A stretch of DNA of 64,000 nt from Pseudomonadota bacterium (lineage in GTDB: Bacteria > Pseudomonadota > Gammaproteobacteria > Xanthomonadales > Rhodanobacteraceae): positions 2,162 to 66,161 of the forward strand of contig JAKQJM010000115.1 of assembly GCA_029561145.1 (NCBI GenBank), written 5' to 3'. Under the pieces are notes generated by a model. The model saw only the letters and a program-made list of their open reading frames with translations. It had not been told where the DNA came from and did no database searches. Position numbers and translations under genes: made by a program. Each line of letters opens with the position of its first letter. Position 1 is the stretch's first letter. Positions 10,541 through 20,922 of the stretch are shown here, one piece after another.

Positions 10541-11426
10541 GGCTGATCTTGTTCCTGAGAAGGATGGCCCGCGCGATCAAGCTGAGCACCAGTACGAAGA
10601 AGGTGAGGACGAGGGCGCCGGCCCATGCAAGCGTCTGCCAGGATTCATACGGGCTGGCCGTGAACTGGTTCATCACGACCGGCACGCTCGCCATGGGCTG
10701 GGTCAGGTCCGCGCTCCAGTACTGGTTGCCGAATGCGGTGAACAGGAGTGGCGCCGTTTCACCACTGATGCGTGCCAGGGCGAGGATGATGCCCGTGACG
10801 ATGCCTGCCGAAGCACCGCGATAAAGCACCTGCACGATCACCTTCCATTGCGGCACGCCGAGCGACAGCGCTGCCTCGCGCATCTGCGCGGGCACCAGGC
10901 GCAACATTTCATCGGTCGTGCGCACGACGACGGGGAGCACGATGAAGGCCAGCGCGATCGCGCCGGCGATGGCCGAGAATCCGCCGCCCATCTGGGCGAC
11001 GACCAGCGTGTAGACGAACAATCCGAGCACGATCGACGGCGCCGAGAGCAGGATGTCGTTGACGAAGCGGATGACCAGGCCGATCTTGCGCGCACCGGCG
11101 TACTCGGCCAGCCAGGTGCCCGCGGCGATGCCAAGCGGCGTGCCGATCAGGATCGCCAGGCCGCACATCATCATGCTGCCGAAGAACGCGTTGGCGAGAC
11201 CACCGGCCTGCTGGGGAGGTGGTGTCATCTCGGTGAACAGCGCAATGCTGATGCCGCCCAGCCCCTTGCTGACCGTCGTCCACAGGATCCAGGTGAGGAA
11301 GAACAGGCCGAATACGGCCGCCACGCAGGACATCACGATGGCCATGCGGTTGATGATGTTGCGCCGGCGGTACAGCCGCTCGGCGACGTTCGCCTTGTCG
11401 ATCGGGGAGGAAGCCGCTGCGTTCAT
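10533..11426 (-). CDS. pstA: Phosphate ABC transporter permease
   Basis: [32 protein letters not shown]; overlaps pstB and pstC. Confidence 0.96.
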   Translation of the reverse strand: MNAAASSPIDKANVAERLYRRRNIINRMAIVMSCVAAVFGLFFLTWILWTTVSKGLGGISIALFTEMTPPPQQAGGLANAFFGSMMMCGLAILIGTPLGIAAGTWLAEYAGARKIGLVIRFVNDILLSAPSIVLGLFVYTLVVAQMGGGFSAIAGAIALAFIVLPVVVRTTDEMLRLVPAQMREAALSLGVPQWKVIVQVLYRGASAGIVTGIILALARISGETAPLLFTAFGNQYWSADLTQPMASVPVVMNQFTASPYESWQTLAWAGALVLTFFVLVLSLIARAILLRNKISHD

Positions 11427-12394
11427 TTCACGCCCTCGCGCCGGGACAATTGCATCAGCATGAGGCGCGCGATCGCGAGCACGAAGAACGTGACGATGAA
11501 GAGGACGAAACCGAGCAGCAGCAGTGCCGATCGGTAGGTGTCGGTGGCCTCGGCAAAGTCGTTCGCGATCAGCGCCGCGATGGTCGTGCCGGGTTCGAGC
11601 AGCGAGCCCGAGAAGCGCACGGTATTGCCGACCACGTAGGCGACCGCCATGGTCTCGCCAAGGGCACGACCGAGGCCGAGGAAGACGCCGCCGATGACCG
11701 CCGATTTCGTGTACGGCAGGACAACGTCCCAGATCACTTCCCATTTGGTGGCGCCAAGCGCGTAGGCCGATTCCTTGAGCCGTGTCGGCACGGTCAGGAA
11801 AACATCCCGCATCACGGCGGTGACGAACGGGATGACCATGATCGCAAGTACGAAGCCGGCGGTGAGCATGCCAATGCCGATCGGCGGGCCCTGGAAAAGC
11901 GGTCCGATCAGCGGCAGGGTGCCGAGATGGTCATTGAGCCAGGGCGTCACGTATTCGGTCATGACCGGCACGAGCACGAAAAGACCCCACATGCCGTAGA
12001 TGATCGACGGGATGCCGGCGAGCAATTCGATGGCCGAGCCGACCGGAGTGCGCAGCCAGATGGGTGCGACTTCGGTGAGATAGATGGCGATCCCGAAACT
12101 GACCGGCACCGCGATGAGCATCGCGATTACCGCGGTGACCAGGGTTCCGTAGATCGGAACGAGGGCGCCGTAGCGGTTTTCGACCGGGTTCCATTCTGCG
12201 GAGAAGAAAAAGCCCAGGCCTTCCTTCTCGAGGACCTCGCGTCCGCCCCAGAGCATCGACAGCGCGGCACCGGCGAGCGCGATCAGGACGAAGAAGGCGG
12301 TGATGGCGAGAACGTAACGGAATCCCTTGTCCTGGAGTTCGTCACGGCGGGACTGGGGTCTGGATACGGAGCCGCGAGCTGCGATCGTCGTCAT
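11423..12394 (-). CDS. pstC: Phosphate ABC transporter permease
   Basis: ELLAGIPSIIYGMWG, ESAYALGAT, GRALGETMAV. Confidence 0.96.
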   Translation of the reverse strand: MTTIAARGSVSRPQSRRDELQDKGFRYVLAITAFFVLIALAGAALSMLWGGREVLEKEGLGFFFSAEWNPVENRYGALVPIYGTLVTAVIAMLIAVPVSFGIAIYLTEVAPIWLRTPVGSAIELLAGIPSIIYGMWGLFVLVPVMTEYVTPWLNDHLGTLPLIGPLFQGPPIGIGMLTAGFVLAIMVIPFVTAVMRDVFLTVPTRLKESAYALGATKWEVIWDVVLPYTKSAVIGGVFLGLGRALGETMAVAYVVGNTVRFSGSLLEPGTTIAALIANDFAEATDTYRSALLLLGFVLFIVTFFVLAIARLMLMQLSRREGVK

Positions 12395-12510
12395 GTGAAG
12401 GCCGCGCAATGAAAGTTCCCGCCGGCGTCTGCCCGGTCAGGACGATATGAACGAGTATTGCCGGACATTATGTCAGCCCGGCCATCCGTCCTGAAGTTGG
12501 ACCCGCTTCG

Positions 12511-12539
12511 GCACCCGGAAACCGGCGGTTTCCGGGTGC
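12511..12539. terminator. Intercistronic stem-loop between pstS and pstC (attenuator or mRNA stabiliser)
   Basis: Perfect 13-bp stem GCACCCGGAAACC/GGTTTCCGGGTGC with a 3-nt loop, 19 nt after the pstS stop. Confidence 0.7.
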
Positions 12540-12558
12540 TTCAGGAGACGTATGCGGC

Positions 12559-13578
12559 TTACTTGATGCGGTCGGCCCAGTACGCCTTGATCTGCTCGAC
12601 GAGGCTGTCGGGCAAGGGCACGTAGTCGAGCGCCGACGCCTGGGTCTTGCCGTCCTGGTAGGCCCAGGAGAAGAACTCGCGGGCAGCCTTGGCGCGGTCG
12701 GCATCCTTGGCTTGCGCGTGCATCAGGATGAAGTTCGTGGCGGTGATCGGCCAGGAGCCTGCACCCGGGGCATTGGTGATGACGAGGCTGAAGTCGGTCG
12801 CATTCTTCCAGTCGGCGCTCGCCGCAGCGGCGGCGAACGACTCGGCGCTCGGCGTGACGAATGTTCCGTCAGCGTTCTGCATCAGCGTGTAGGACATCTT
12901 GTTCTGCAGTGCGTAGGACAGTTCGACATAGCCGATCGCGTTCTTGACCTGCTTCACATACGCGGCAACGCCTTCATTGCCCTTGCCGCCGAGGCCGGCC
13001 GGCCACTGCACCGAGGTGCCTTCGCCCACGCTGCTCTTCCATTCCGTGCTCACCTTGGAGAGGTAGTTGACGAAGTTGAAGGTCGTGCCCGATCCATCCG
13101 AACGATGCACGATCGTGATCTTGCCATCGGGCAGGGACAGGCCGTCGTTGATCGAAGCGATGGCCGGATCGTTCCACTTGGTGACCTTGCCGAGGAAGAT
13201 GTCGGCCAGCAACGGACCGGTAAGCTTCAGCTTGCCGGCATCGATCCCTGCGACATTGACGACCGGGACCACGCCGCCGATCACCGACGGAAACTGGATC
13301 AGGCCCGCCTCGGCAAGTTCCTTCGAGTCCAGCGGCTTGTCGGACGAACCGAAGTCGACCGTGCCGGCCTTGATCTGGGCGATGCCGCCGCTCGAACCGA
13401 TCGACTGGTAGTTGATCTTGTTCTGCGTTGCGGCGTTGTAGTCGGCCGACCACTTGGACATCAGCGGAAAGACGAAGGATGCGCCGGCACCGGTGACTTC
13501 CGCAGCTTGCGCTGCGTTGACGCCGAGCACCGAAGCGATTCCGAGTACGGCTGCACTTATTCTGATCGAGATAGTCAC
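12559..13578 (-). CDS. pstS: Phosphate-binding periplasmic protein
   Basis: GAGASF, YQSIGSSGG, HRSDGSGTT, GKGNEGVA; GTG start behind AAGGAG. Confidence 0.97.
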   Translation of the reverse strand: MTISIRISAAVLGIASVLGVNAAQAAEVTGAGASFVFPLMSKWSADYNAATQNKINYQSIGSSGGIAQIKAGTVDFGSSDKPLDSKELAEAGLIQFPSVIGGVVPVVNVAGIDAGKLKLTGPLLADIFLGKVTKWNDPAIASINDGLSLPDGKITIVHRSDGSGTTFNFVNYLSKVSTEWKSSVGEGTSVQWPAGLGGKGNEGVAAYVKQVKNAIGYVELSYALQNKMSYTLMQNADGTFVTPSAESFAAAAASADWKNATDFSLVITNAPGAGSWPITATNFILMHAQAKDADRAKAAREFFSWAYQDGKTQASALDYVPLPDSLVEQIKAYWADRIK

Positions 13579-13624
13579 GCTGGCAACTCCTTGGGGATGG
13601 GCAACGAAGAATGCGGAGGCGCAC

Positions 13625-13680
13625 TTTGTAGCCCGGCAAGGTTGCAGTCGTGTTACAGGAGCAGGAATGAAAAATGAAGG
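13625..13680 (-). promoter_or_regulatory. Pho-box-like array and -10 element of pstS
   Basis: Minus strand: CCTTCAT-n4-CATTCCT-n4-CTGTAAC-n4-CTGCAAC (11-bp period), then 10 nt, then TACAAA. Confidence 0.65.
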
Positions 13681-13840
13681 GTGGGCAGGCAACGCATGGT
13701 CGCCGTTCTTCCCCGAATGTCATCGCATGTGCTGAATATTCAGCATCCGGGGCAAGATAAAACGGATCGAAATCAAGGGAATTGAAGCACTCCCCGGATT
13801 CTGCGCAGGCAGGTTTGCGGCGCATGGCCGGCGCCATTTC

Positions 13841-14122
13841 CTAACTGCCGCTTATGTAGTCGGGTCCCTTGCCCACGGTCTTCTCGTAGACGCCCTTGCC
13901 GGCGCGCTTGTATTGGGTGAAACCATGCTTTCCTGCATGGCTTTCGCTGGTGCGATGGCTTTGCCCCGAGATCACCTGTGCAGCACTGATGACGCGGTGA
14001 ACGGGCGCATGACAGTCCGGGCACGCTTCCAGAGCCGGGTCGGACAGCCGTTGCAGCAGTTCGATCCCGTCCCTGCAGCGGGGACAGCCGGCAAGGTCGG
14101 CGACGTATTGGTAGATGGGCAT
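13841..14122 (-). CDS. FmdB-family zinc-ribbon protein
   Basis: MPIYQY start, CPRC and CPDC pairs, GFTQYKRAGKGVYEK tail. Confidence 0.8.
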   Translation of the reverse strand: MPIYQYVADLAGCPRCRDGIELLQRLSDPALEACPDCHAPVHRVISAAQVISGQSHRTSESHAGKHGFTQYKRAGKGVYEKTVGKGPDYISGS

Positions 14123-14154
14123 GTGCAACAGGATGCGGCCAGGGACCGCCAGGA

Positions 14155-14829
14155 TCAATGCGGATCGAGTTCGAGTTCCGATTCGTCAGTCCGATCCTCG
14201 CCGGCTGCAATATCCGACATGTGCTTCCAGCGATTGATGATCTTGCAGAACAATTCTGCGGTGCGCTCGGTGTCATAAACCGCCGAATGCGCCTGGGCCG
14301 GATCCCAGCTGCTGCCTGATGCCGCCACGGCGCGGGCCAGCACGGTCTGCCCATAGGCCAGACCTGCCAGGGTCACCGTATCGAAATTGCTGAATGGGTG
14401 GAATGGATTGCGCTTGTGGCCAGTCCGGCGTACCGCGGCATTGAGGAATCCGAGGTCGAACGCGGCGTTGTGACCGACCAGGATCGCGCGCTGGCAGTCC
14501 GAACTGCGCATCGCCTGGCGTACCGGGGCGAAGATGTGGTCGAGGGCCGCGCGCTCTTCGAGTGCATTGCGGAATGGATGATCGGGATCGATGCCGGTGA
14601 TCTCGAGCGCGCGCGGATCGATGTTCGCGCCTGGAAACGGTTCCACATGGGTCGAAACCGCGGGTTGCGGAAACACGAAACCGCGATCGTCCATGCCGAT
14701 CACGACGACTGCGATCTCGAGCAGGGCATCGCGCTCGGCATCGAAACCGCCAGTCTCGACATCGACGACGACGGGCAGGAATCCGCGAAATCGCTCGGCG
14801 ATGCGGACAACGGATGGGTTGTTGGGCAT
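14155..14829 (-). CDS. rnt: Ribonuclease T
   Basis: [42 protein letters not shown] (DEDDh); start moved to MPNN. Confidence 0.95.
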   Translation of the reverse strand: MPNNPSVVRIAERFRGFLPVVVDVETGGFDAERDALLEIAVVVIGMDDRGFVFPQPAVSTHVEPFPGANIDPRALEITGIDPDHPFRNALEERAALDHIFAPVRQAMRSSDCQRAILVGHNAAFDLGFLNAAVRRTGHKRNPFHPFSNFDTVTLAGLAYGQTVLARAVAASGSSWDPAQAHSAVYDTERTAELFCKIINRWKHMSDIAAGEDRTDESELELDPH

Positions 14830-14901
14830 GCGCAAAGGATAGCCGATCGGTCCGGCCTTGGTGTCCTGCGTGACTGCTGCAGCGTCCGCCCGTGCGATCA
14901 A

Positions 14902-14952
14902 CTGAAATATTTGCGCTATTGGCCTGCAACGTGACCGTAACAAATCGTCAAT
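14902..14952 (+). promoter_or_regulatory. Pho-box-like array upstream of the phosphate porin
   Basis: CTGCAAC-n4-CCGTAAC-n4-CGTCAAT at 14924-14952, plus CTGAAAT 22 bp upstream in the same phase. Confidence 0.6.
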
Positions 14953-15022
14953 ACCCTGCGCAGCCACGGACGACCGAATTGCGGCGTTCGAAGCCTTCCC
15001 TCCCACTCATGAGATTTCAACA

Positions 15023-16192
15023 ATGAAACGTCTTGCCCCACGACTGCTTGCCGCGGCAATCATCGCAACCCTGGCCGGGCAGGCCCAGGCCGAGATCGCC
15101 ATCGATGTGATCGGTCCGTACGAAGTCAGTTTTGAAGGCCTCGTCCAGGCCGATGGCAACTGGTACCACAATGACATGCAGGATCTCGGCGGAACGCTGG
15201 GGAATGGCGGTGACGGCAAGGACCAGGAGTTCGAGATGCGCCGGGCCGAACTGGTCCTCAAGGGCAAGGGCACGATGTTCGACTGGGTGCTCGGCTTCGA
15301 TGCGAAGGCCAACAAGTTCCTCGATGCGAACGTGAAGTGGAAGATCGGCTCGAACTACCTGATGGTCGGCCAGTTCAAGCAGCCGAACAGCCTTGAAGAG
15401 CTGAGCAGCACCAAGAACAACGATTTCATTTCCAAGGCGATGGTCACCAATACGTTTGGCGTTGCGCGTCGCGTCGGCGTTGCCTACGGCGATGACGGCA
15501 AGAACTGGGGTTACTCGGTCAATGCGTTCGGCCGCGAGCTGACCCGCAATCTCGCCCAGGGCCAGGGCTTTGGCGGCCGCTTCTACTACGCGCCGATGGT
15601 CGATAGCGGCAGCCTGCTTCATTTCGGCGTTTCGGCAGTCGACTACGATACGGCCAGGGACACGCAGCGCTGGCGCGTCCGTCCGGATGCGGATCTTTCG
15701 ACTGGGCGCCTGATCGATACCGGCAATATCCTCAACGCCGATCGCATTCGTACCTATGGTCTCGAAAGCGCGTGGGTCGATGGGCCGTTCAAGGTGCAGG
15801 GCGAATACATGCGCTCGACCACGACACGCACCAGTGCCACGACCGCGCCGGACTTTACGGCCGATAGCTGGTATGTCTCGGGCGTGTGGAACCTGACCGG
15901 CGAAACCTGGGGCTACAAGAGCGGAACGCCGACCACGCCGTTGCCGAACGATCCATCCGCCGGCATGTGGCAGGTCGGTCTGCGCTACGACGACACCAAC
16001 CTCAGCGATGGCGCGATCCGCGGCGGCGACGAGCACAACATCACCATCGGCGTGAACTACTACTGGCGCTCGAACTTCAAGATCATGGCCAACTACGTGG
16101 CCGCGAAGAGCTCGAAGTACAGCTCGGCTGCCGCTGGCAATGTCGACGACGATCCGAACATCTTCGAGACCCGCCTGCAGTTCTACTGGTAA
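15023..16192 (+). CDS. oprO: OprO/OprP-family phosphate-selective porin
   Basis: Signal peptide, FEMRRAELVLKG, VGQFKQPNSLEELSS, ITIGVNYY, C-terminal QFYW; next to the pst operon. Confidence 0.88.
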   Translation: MKRLAPRLLAAAIIATLAGQAQAEIAIDVIGPYEVSFEGLVQADGNWYHNDMQDLGGTLGNGGDGKDQEFEMRRAELVLKGKGTMFDWVLGFDAKANKFLDANVKWKIGSNYLMVGQFKQPNSLEELSSTKNNDFISKAMVTNTFGVARRVGVAYGDDGKNWGYSVNAFGRELTRNLAQGQGFGGRFYYAPMVDSGSLLHFGVSAVDYDTARDTQRWRVRPDADLSTGRLIDTGNILNADRIRTYGLESAWVDGPFKVQGEYMRSTTTRTSATTAPDFTADSWYVSGVWNLTGETWGYKSGTPTTPLPNDPSAGMWQVGLRYDDTNLSDGAIRGGDEHNITIGVNYYWRSNFKIMANYVAAKSSKYSSAAAGNVDDDPNIFETRLQFYW

Positions 16193-16260
16193 CGGAGCGC
16201 ACAAGCGCTCGAGGCTCAAGGCTCTCCCGCGACTCTTTCGGCAATCTGCCAGTCGTGATT

Positions 16261-16293
16261 GAGGTGATGCGCAGCGCGCATCACCTCTTTTTT
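16261..16293 (+). terminator. Rho-independent terminator of the porin gene
   Basis: 12-bp stem GAGGTGATGCGC/GCGCATCACCTC followed by T6. Confidence 0.85.
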
Positions 16294-16933
16294 ATGCCGA
16301 TGCCGGGGTTTTCAGCCGGTAGCCGCACAGGTCGCGTATCAGACAGGCCGGGCACTCGGGCTTGCGCGCCTTGCACACGTAGCGACCGTGCAGGATCAAC
16401 CAGTGATGGGCATCCTGACGGAACTCCGCGGGCGTCACGCGGACCAGCTTGTCCTCCACCGTGCGCACGTCCTTGCCCTTGGCGAGACCGGTGCGATTGG
16501 CGACGCGGAAGATATGCGTGTCGACCGCAATGGTCGGTTCGCCGAAGGCGGTATTGAGGACGACGTTGGCCGTCTTGCGACCGACGCCAGGCAGGGCCTC
16601 CAGTGCTTCACGATTTCGCGGCACGTGACCGTCATGCCGGTCGACTAGGATCCGGCACGTCGCGATGACGTTCTTCGCCTTGGCGTTGAACAGGCCGATC
16701 GTCGAGATATGCCGCTTGAGTTCCTCCTCACCAAGATCGAGCATCGCCTGTGGCGTATTCGCGAGCGGATACAGCCGTCGCGTCGCCTTGTTGACGCCGA
16801 CGTCGGTGGCCTGTGCCGAAAGAATCACGGCGATCAGCAACTCAAACGGGCTCGTGTAGTCCAGTTCCGTGGACGGCTTCGGATTGAACTCGCGCAGGCG
16901 CGTGAACATTTCGACCACGTTTTCGCGCTTCAT
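16292..16933 (-). CDS. nth: Endonuclease III
   Basis: LSAQATD, Hh[18 protein letters not shown], Fe-S motif [17 protein letters not shown]. Confidence 0.98.
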   Translation of the reverse strand: MKRENVVEMFTRLREFNPKPSTELDYTSPFELLIAVILSAQATDVGVNKATRRLYPLANTPQAMLDLGEEELKRHISTIGLFNAKAKNVIATCRILVDRHDGHVPRNREALEALPGVGRKTANVVLNTAFGEPTIAVDTHIFRVANRTGLAKGKDVRTVEDKLVRVTPAEFRQDAHHWLILHGRYVCKARKPECPACLIRDLCGYRLKTPASA

Positions 16934-17583
16934 TGCGATGACGATCCGTCTGTCCGGTTTGTCATCGCTTCACGCTTTGCCTTGCCGCGCGCGATCGCTT
17001 CAAGCACCGCATCGCGACTGATCGGCGCCACGCGTGGCGCATCGATCCGTTGCCCTGTCTCGCGACGTGAATTGCGCTCGCCGCCCTTGCGCGCCAGACG
17101 CCGGTTGCGGGCCTCGAAGCGTTGCCTTGAATGGATCGCACGATCGAGTATTTCCGCTCGCATGAGGGGCATGGCCGAAGTCGCAACCATCACGATGCAG
17201 TCGACCGGACATGGCGGGATGCACAACTCGCAACCCGTGCATTCGGTGGCGATGATCGTGTGCATGCGCTTCGCCGAACCAACGATCGCATCGACCGGAC
17301 AGGCCTGGATGCACTTGGTGCAGCCGATGCAGACATTCTCATCGATGACCGCGACGGTCGGATTGGATTCGATGCCAAACGCCGCGTTCAAGGGTTTCGA
17401 TGCGCGCCCGAGCAGAGCTGCCAGCGCGTCGACACCGGCCTGGCCGCCCGGCGGGCACTGATCGATGTCGGCCGCGCCGCTCGCGATCGCCTCGGCATAG
17501 GGGCGACAAGCCGGATAGCCGCAACGCGTGCATTGCGTTTGCGGCAACAGGCAGTCGATCTTCGCGACGAGACTTGCACTCAT
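16930..17583 (-). CDS. rnfB: RnfB/RsxB-like polyferredoxin lacking the N-terminal membrane anchor
   Basis: [51 protein letters not shown]. Confidence 0.88.
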   Translation of the reverse strand: MSASLVAKIDCLLPQTQCTRCGYPACRPYAEAIASGAADIDQCPPGGQAGVDALAALLGRASKPLNAAFGIESNPTVAVIDENVCIGCTKCIQACPVDAIVGSAKRMHTIIATECTGCELCIPPCPVDCIVMVATSAMPLMRAEILDRAIHSRQRFEARNRRLARKGGERNSRRETGQRIDAPRVAPISRDAVLEAIARGKAKREAMTNRTDGSSSQ

Positions 17584-18062
17584 GCGTTGTGCGGGTTCAA
17601 TGCGCCTTCGGCGCGAGATTGAAGTTCGCCAAATGATGCAACAGGCCTTTCACGCCAGCGATGGTGGCAGGTTCGGCAGCGGAGCCGGTGGGTGAAGCCG
17701 AGTCCGAAAACCAGGGACAGCAATCCGAGGGGTCCGAAAAGAAAAAGAACAAATCGCACCCAGTCCCGTGGACGCGGGTTCCACTCGGTTTCCAGGCCGG
17801 AACATTGCGGACAGCATGAATGGTCACACTCCTCCTCGGCGAACCGGAGCGCGCCTGTTCGATAGGCCTCGGCGAGGCCACTCGCCATTTCCAATTGGGA
17901 GAGGGGAACCATCACGCGAAAACCGCCGTACGCAAAAATCTGGAGCCAATCCAGACGCACGAAATTCTCGTCGAACAGATGGGCATCAAGATCATTTGCG
18001 CGCAACAGTGCTACCAGGGCCAACCCATCGAGATAGTCGCAAGTACGTTCCACGCAGCGCAT
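17580..18062 (-). CDS. DUF2007-like protein with CxxC-TM-CxxC C-terminus
   Basis: [17 protein letters not shown]...GGFRVMV N-terminus; CPQC and CRTC flank a hydrophobic segment; ATGA overlap with rnfB. Confidence 0.6.
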   Translation of the reverse strand: MRCVERTCDYLDGLALVALLRANDLDAHLFDENFVRLDWLQIFAYGGFRVMVPLSQLEMASGLAEAYRTGALRFAEEECDHSCCPQCSGLETEWNPRPRDWVRFVLFLFGPLGLLSLVFGLGFTHRLRCRTCHHRWRERPVASFGELQSRAEGALNPHNA

Positions 18063-18086
18063 GACGTCCTCCGTGATCCGCGATGA

Positions 18087-20252
18087 CTACCGAACCGTTG
18101 CGCCCGGTGCGGCTCCGGCATCGACGTCGAGCAGCTTGAGGTCGGCGCCGCCATTGCCGGCCGAAAGGATCATGCCTTCGGACAGGCCGAAGCGCATCTT
18201 GCGAGGGGCGAGGTTGGCGATGAAGATGACGTTGCGGCCGATCAGTTTTTCCGGTTCGGCGTAGGCGGCGCGGATACCCGAGAAGATCTGGCGCTGGCCG
18301 AGTTCGCCGGCATCGAGCTTGAAGCGCAGCAGCTTGTCCGAACCTTCGACGAAGACGCACTCGATGACCTTGCCGACGCGCAGATCGAGCTGGGAAAAAT
18401 CCTCGATCGATATCGGCGTGCTTGAGGCTCCCGGGTTTCCAGCCGTGGCATTGACTGCGACGGCCGGGACGGTTTGAGCCGCGATGGTTCTCGCTTCGGC
18501 CGCAGCTGGTTTCGGCGGAGCCGCAAGCGAGTCTTTCGAGGCTTCGATCATCGCGGCGATCTGCTTCGGGTCGACGCGCGTGGCGAGCGGCTGGTAGGCG
18601 TTTATCGTGTGCTCGAAGCGATGGCGCCGGATTTCGCCAAAGCGATCGAAGCGCGCATCGGCCAAGGCGAGGAAACCCTCGGCATTCGCAACGAGGCGCG
18701 GCAGCGCCGGCTTCAAGGCGCAGGCAATCGCGCGAAACAGGTTGATGCCGGTCGTCAGGACAACGTGCAGTTCATCACGGCGTGCCGCGTCCCTGGCCAA
18801 CGCCCACGGCGCCGTATCGGCAATGTATGCATTGGCCTGGTCGGCGACCTGCATGATCTTCGCAAGCGCCCGGTTGAAATCATCCTGAGCGTAATGCTCG
18901 ACCGCTTCGACCAGTGTCGATGCGCACAGATCGAGCATTGCTGCTGCGCGTCCCTCGTATTCCGGCGCATCGGCTCCTGCCCGGATCGATTGGAAATCCG
19001 CCGCGAGGCGATTGTCGAAATTCGCTTCGAGCAGCTTCGCGCAGCGGCTCGCGATATTGACGAACTTGCCGACGATATCGGCGTTGACGCGCTGGGCGAA
19101 ATCGTCGAGGTTCAGATCAAGATCGACGACGCCGCCCGAGGATTTGGCCGCGAAGTAATAACGCAGGTATTCCGGATTGAGCCCCACGTCGAGCCATGTT
19201 CTGGCCTGGATGAACGTACCGCGCGACTTGGACATCTTCTCGCCGTTGACGGTGAGATAGCCGTTGACGTGCAGAGCGGTCGGCACGCGGAAATTCGCGC
19301 CATGCAGCATGGCCGGCCAGAACAGGCCGTGGAAATTGACGATGTCCTTGCCGATGAAGTGGTGCAGCTCGGCCGGACTGTCGGCATCGAGATACTCGCC
19401 GAACGAATAGCCCTTGATGTCGCAAAGCGCCTTGAAGCTTGCGAGATAACCGACCGGCGCATCGAGCCAGACATAGAAGAACTTGCCCGGCGCATCGGGA
19501 ATCGGGAAACCGAAATACGGCGCATCGCGCGAGATATCCCAGTCGCGCAGGCCGCCTTCGGCATTGAGCCACTCGCCGAGCTTGGCGATGACGCCCGGAT
19601 GCGCGACGGGCTTGCCGTGCGTGAGCGTGCCGGCGAACCAGTCGCGCAGCAGGCTCTCGAACTGGCCCACGCCAAAGAAGAAATGCTCGGAATCACGCAG
19701 CACCGGCTCCGCGCCCGACATGACCGAGCGCGGATTCTTCAGATCGGTCGGTGCGTACGTGGCACCGCAGTTCTCGCAGTTGTCGCCGTATTGATCGGGC
19801 GTGCCGCAATTCGGGCACTCGCCGCGGATGTAGCGATCCGGCAGGAACATTTGCTTGACCGGATCGAAAAGCTGCTTGATCGAGCGGCGTGCGATATGGC
19901 CAGCATCGCGCAGCCTGGTGTAGATCGTCTCGGCAAGTTCGCGGTTTTCGGTCGAATGGGTCGAATGGTAGTGGTCGAAGTCGATCGCGAAATCGGCGAA
20001 ATCGCGTTCGTGCGAGGCCTGGATTGGCCTGATGAAATCTTCCGGACTCAGGCCGGCCTTTTCAGCGGCGAGCATGATCGGCGTGCCGTGCGCATCATCA
20101 GCGCAGACGAAATGCACCGTATGCCCCTGCATGCGCAATGCGCGAACCCAGATGTCGGCCTGCACGTAACCGAGCAGATGGCCGACATGCAGGTGCCCGT
20201 TGGCATAGGGCAGGGCGTTGGTGACAAGGATCTTCCTTGCAGGGCTGCTCAT
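18087..20252 (-). CDS. metG: Methionyl-tRNA synthetase
   Basis: NALPYANGHLHVGH (HIGH), CPNC/CENC Zn knuckle, KMSKS, C-terminal tRNA-binding OB domain. Confidence 0.98.
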   Translation of the reverse strand: MSSPARKILVTNALPYANGHLHVGHLLGYVQADIWVRALRMQGHTVHFVCADDAHGTPIMLAAEKAGLSPEDFIRPIQASHERDFADFAIDFDHYHSTHSTENRELAETIYTRLRDAGHIARRSIKQLFDPVKQMFLPDRYIRGECPNCGTPDQYGDNCENCGATYAPTDLKNPRSVMSGAEPVLRDSEHFFFGVGQFESLLRDWFAGTLTHGKPVAHPGVIAKLGEWLNAEGGLRDWDISRDAPYFGFPIPDAPGKFFYVWLDAPVGYLASFKALCDIKGYSFGEYLDADSPAELHHFIGKDIVNFHGLFWPAMLHGANFRVPTALHVNGYLTVNGEKMSKSRGTFIQARTWLDVGLNPEYLRYYFAAKSSGGVVDLDLNLDDFAQRVNADIVGKFVNIASRCAKLLEANFDNRLAADFQSIRAGADAPEYEGRAAAMLDLCASTLVEAVEHYAQDDFNRALAKIMQVADQANAYIADTAPWALARDAARRDELHVVLTTGINLFRAIACALKPALPRLVANAEGFLALADARFDRFGEIRRHRFEHTINAYQPLATRVDPKQIAAMIEASKDSLAAPPKPAAAEARTIAAQTVPAVAVNATAGNPGASSTPISIEDFSQLDLRVGKVIECVFVEGSDKLLRFKLDAGELGQRQIFSGIRAAYAEPEKLIGRNVIFIANLAPRKMRFGLSEGMILSAGNGGADLKLLDVDAGAAPGATVR

Positions 20253-20305
20253 TCCGACCGGATTCCGCGCGTTTCAGGGCGCGGAATTATCGCATGCACC
20301 GCCAG

Positions 20306-20752
20306 CTACAGGGTGCAGCCGAGACTGCCGAGCTTCGTCCGCGCAAGTCCGCGCGCCCTCTGGCACTGCCGGGCCACGCGCTGGGCATCGACGCCGCGGG
20401 CGATGTTGCCCACGATCGCGCGTACCGATGCGTGGAGTTCGCGCGCCATTTCCTTGCGTGCATCCGGCGAAAGACGGGAGTTCAGGCACTGGCGATACGC
20501 TTCGACGTAGTCGTCGCAGTCGGGAAATCCGGTCTTCTCGTACGGAGGAATATCCCCCTGGACCGGCGGAGGCGGAGCGCCGACTGCGGCGACGGGCGCC
20601 TGTTGCGGTGGCGTGGCTGGCGTTGTCGCAGCCGGTTGCTGAGGCGCTGCGGCGCTTGCCGGCGCATCGGGTATGCCCGAGGGTTGGTCCTTGTTGCAGG
20701 CTACCAGGGCGAACGCGAACGGCAGGAGCAGGATCATTCTGGGCAAGGTCAT
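20306..20752 (-). CDS. Hypothetical lipoprotein with Pro/Ala linker and four-Cys helical domain
   Basis: Lipobox ALVAC; PA-rich linker; TGFPDCDDYVEAYRQC...C...GCTL. Confidence 0.7.
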   Translation of the reverse strand: MTLPRMILLLPFAFALVACNKDQPSGIPDAPASAAAPQQPAATTPATPPQQAPVAAVGAPPPPVQGDIPPYEKTGFPDCDDYVEAYRQCLNSRLSPDARKEMARELHASVRAIVGNIARGVDAQRVARQCQRARGLARTKLGSLGCTL

Positions 20753-20922
20753 CTGCGGTCCTTCAGGAGTGGGTTCCGGACTCGATTGGACTCCATCGGG
20801 TCGGAACAGTTCGTGATGATTTTCGATCCTGCGTTCAGGATTGCATCGGATCGGAAGCCGAAGCGGATCGAAGCACGGTTCGAGGCGGTACACTAGCGGT
20901 CTTTGCACGATTGATCGAGTCC

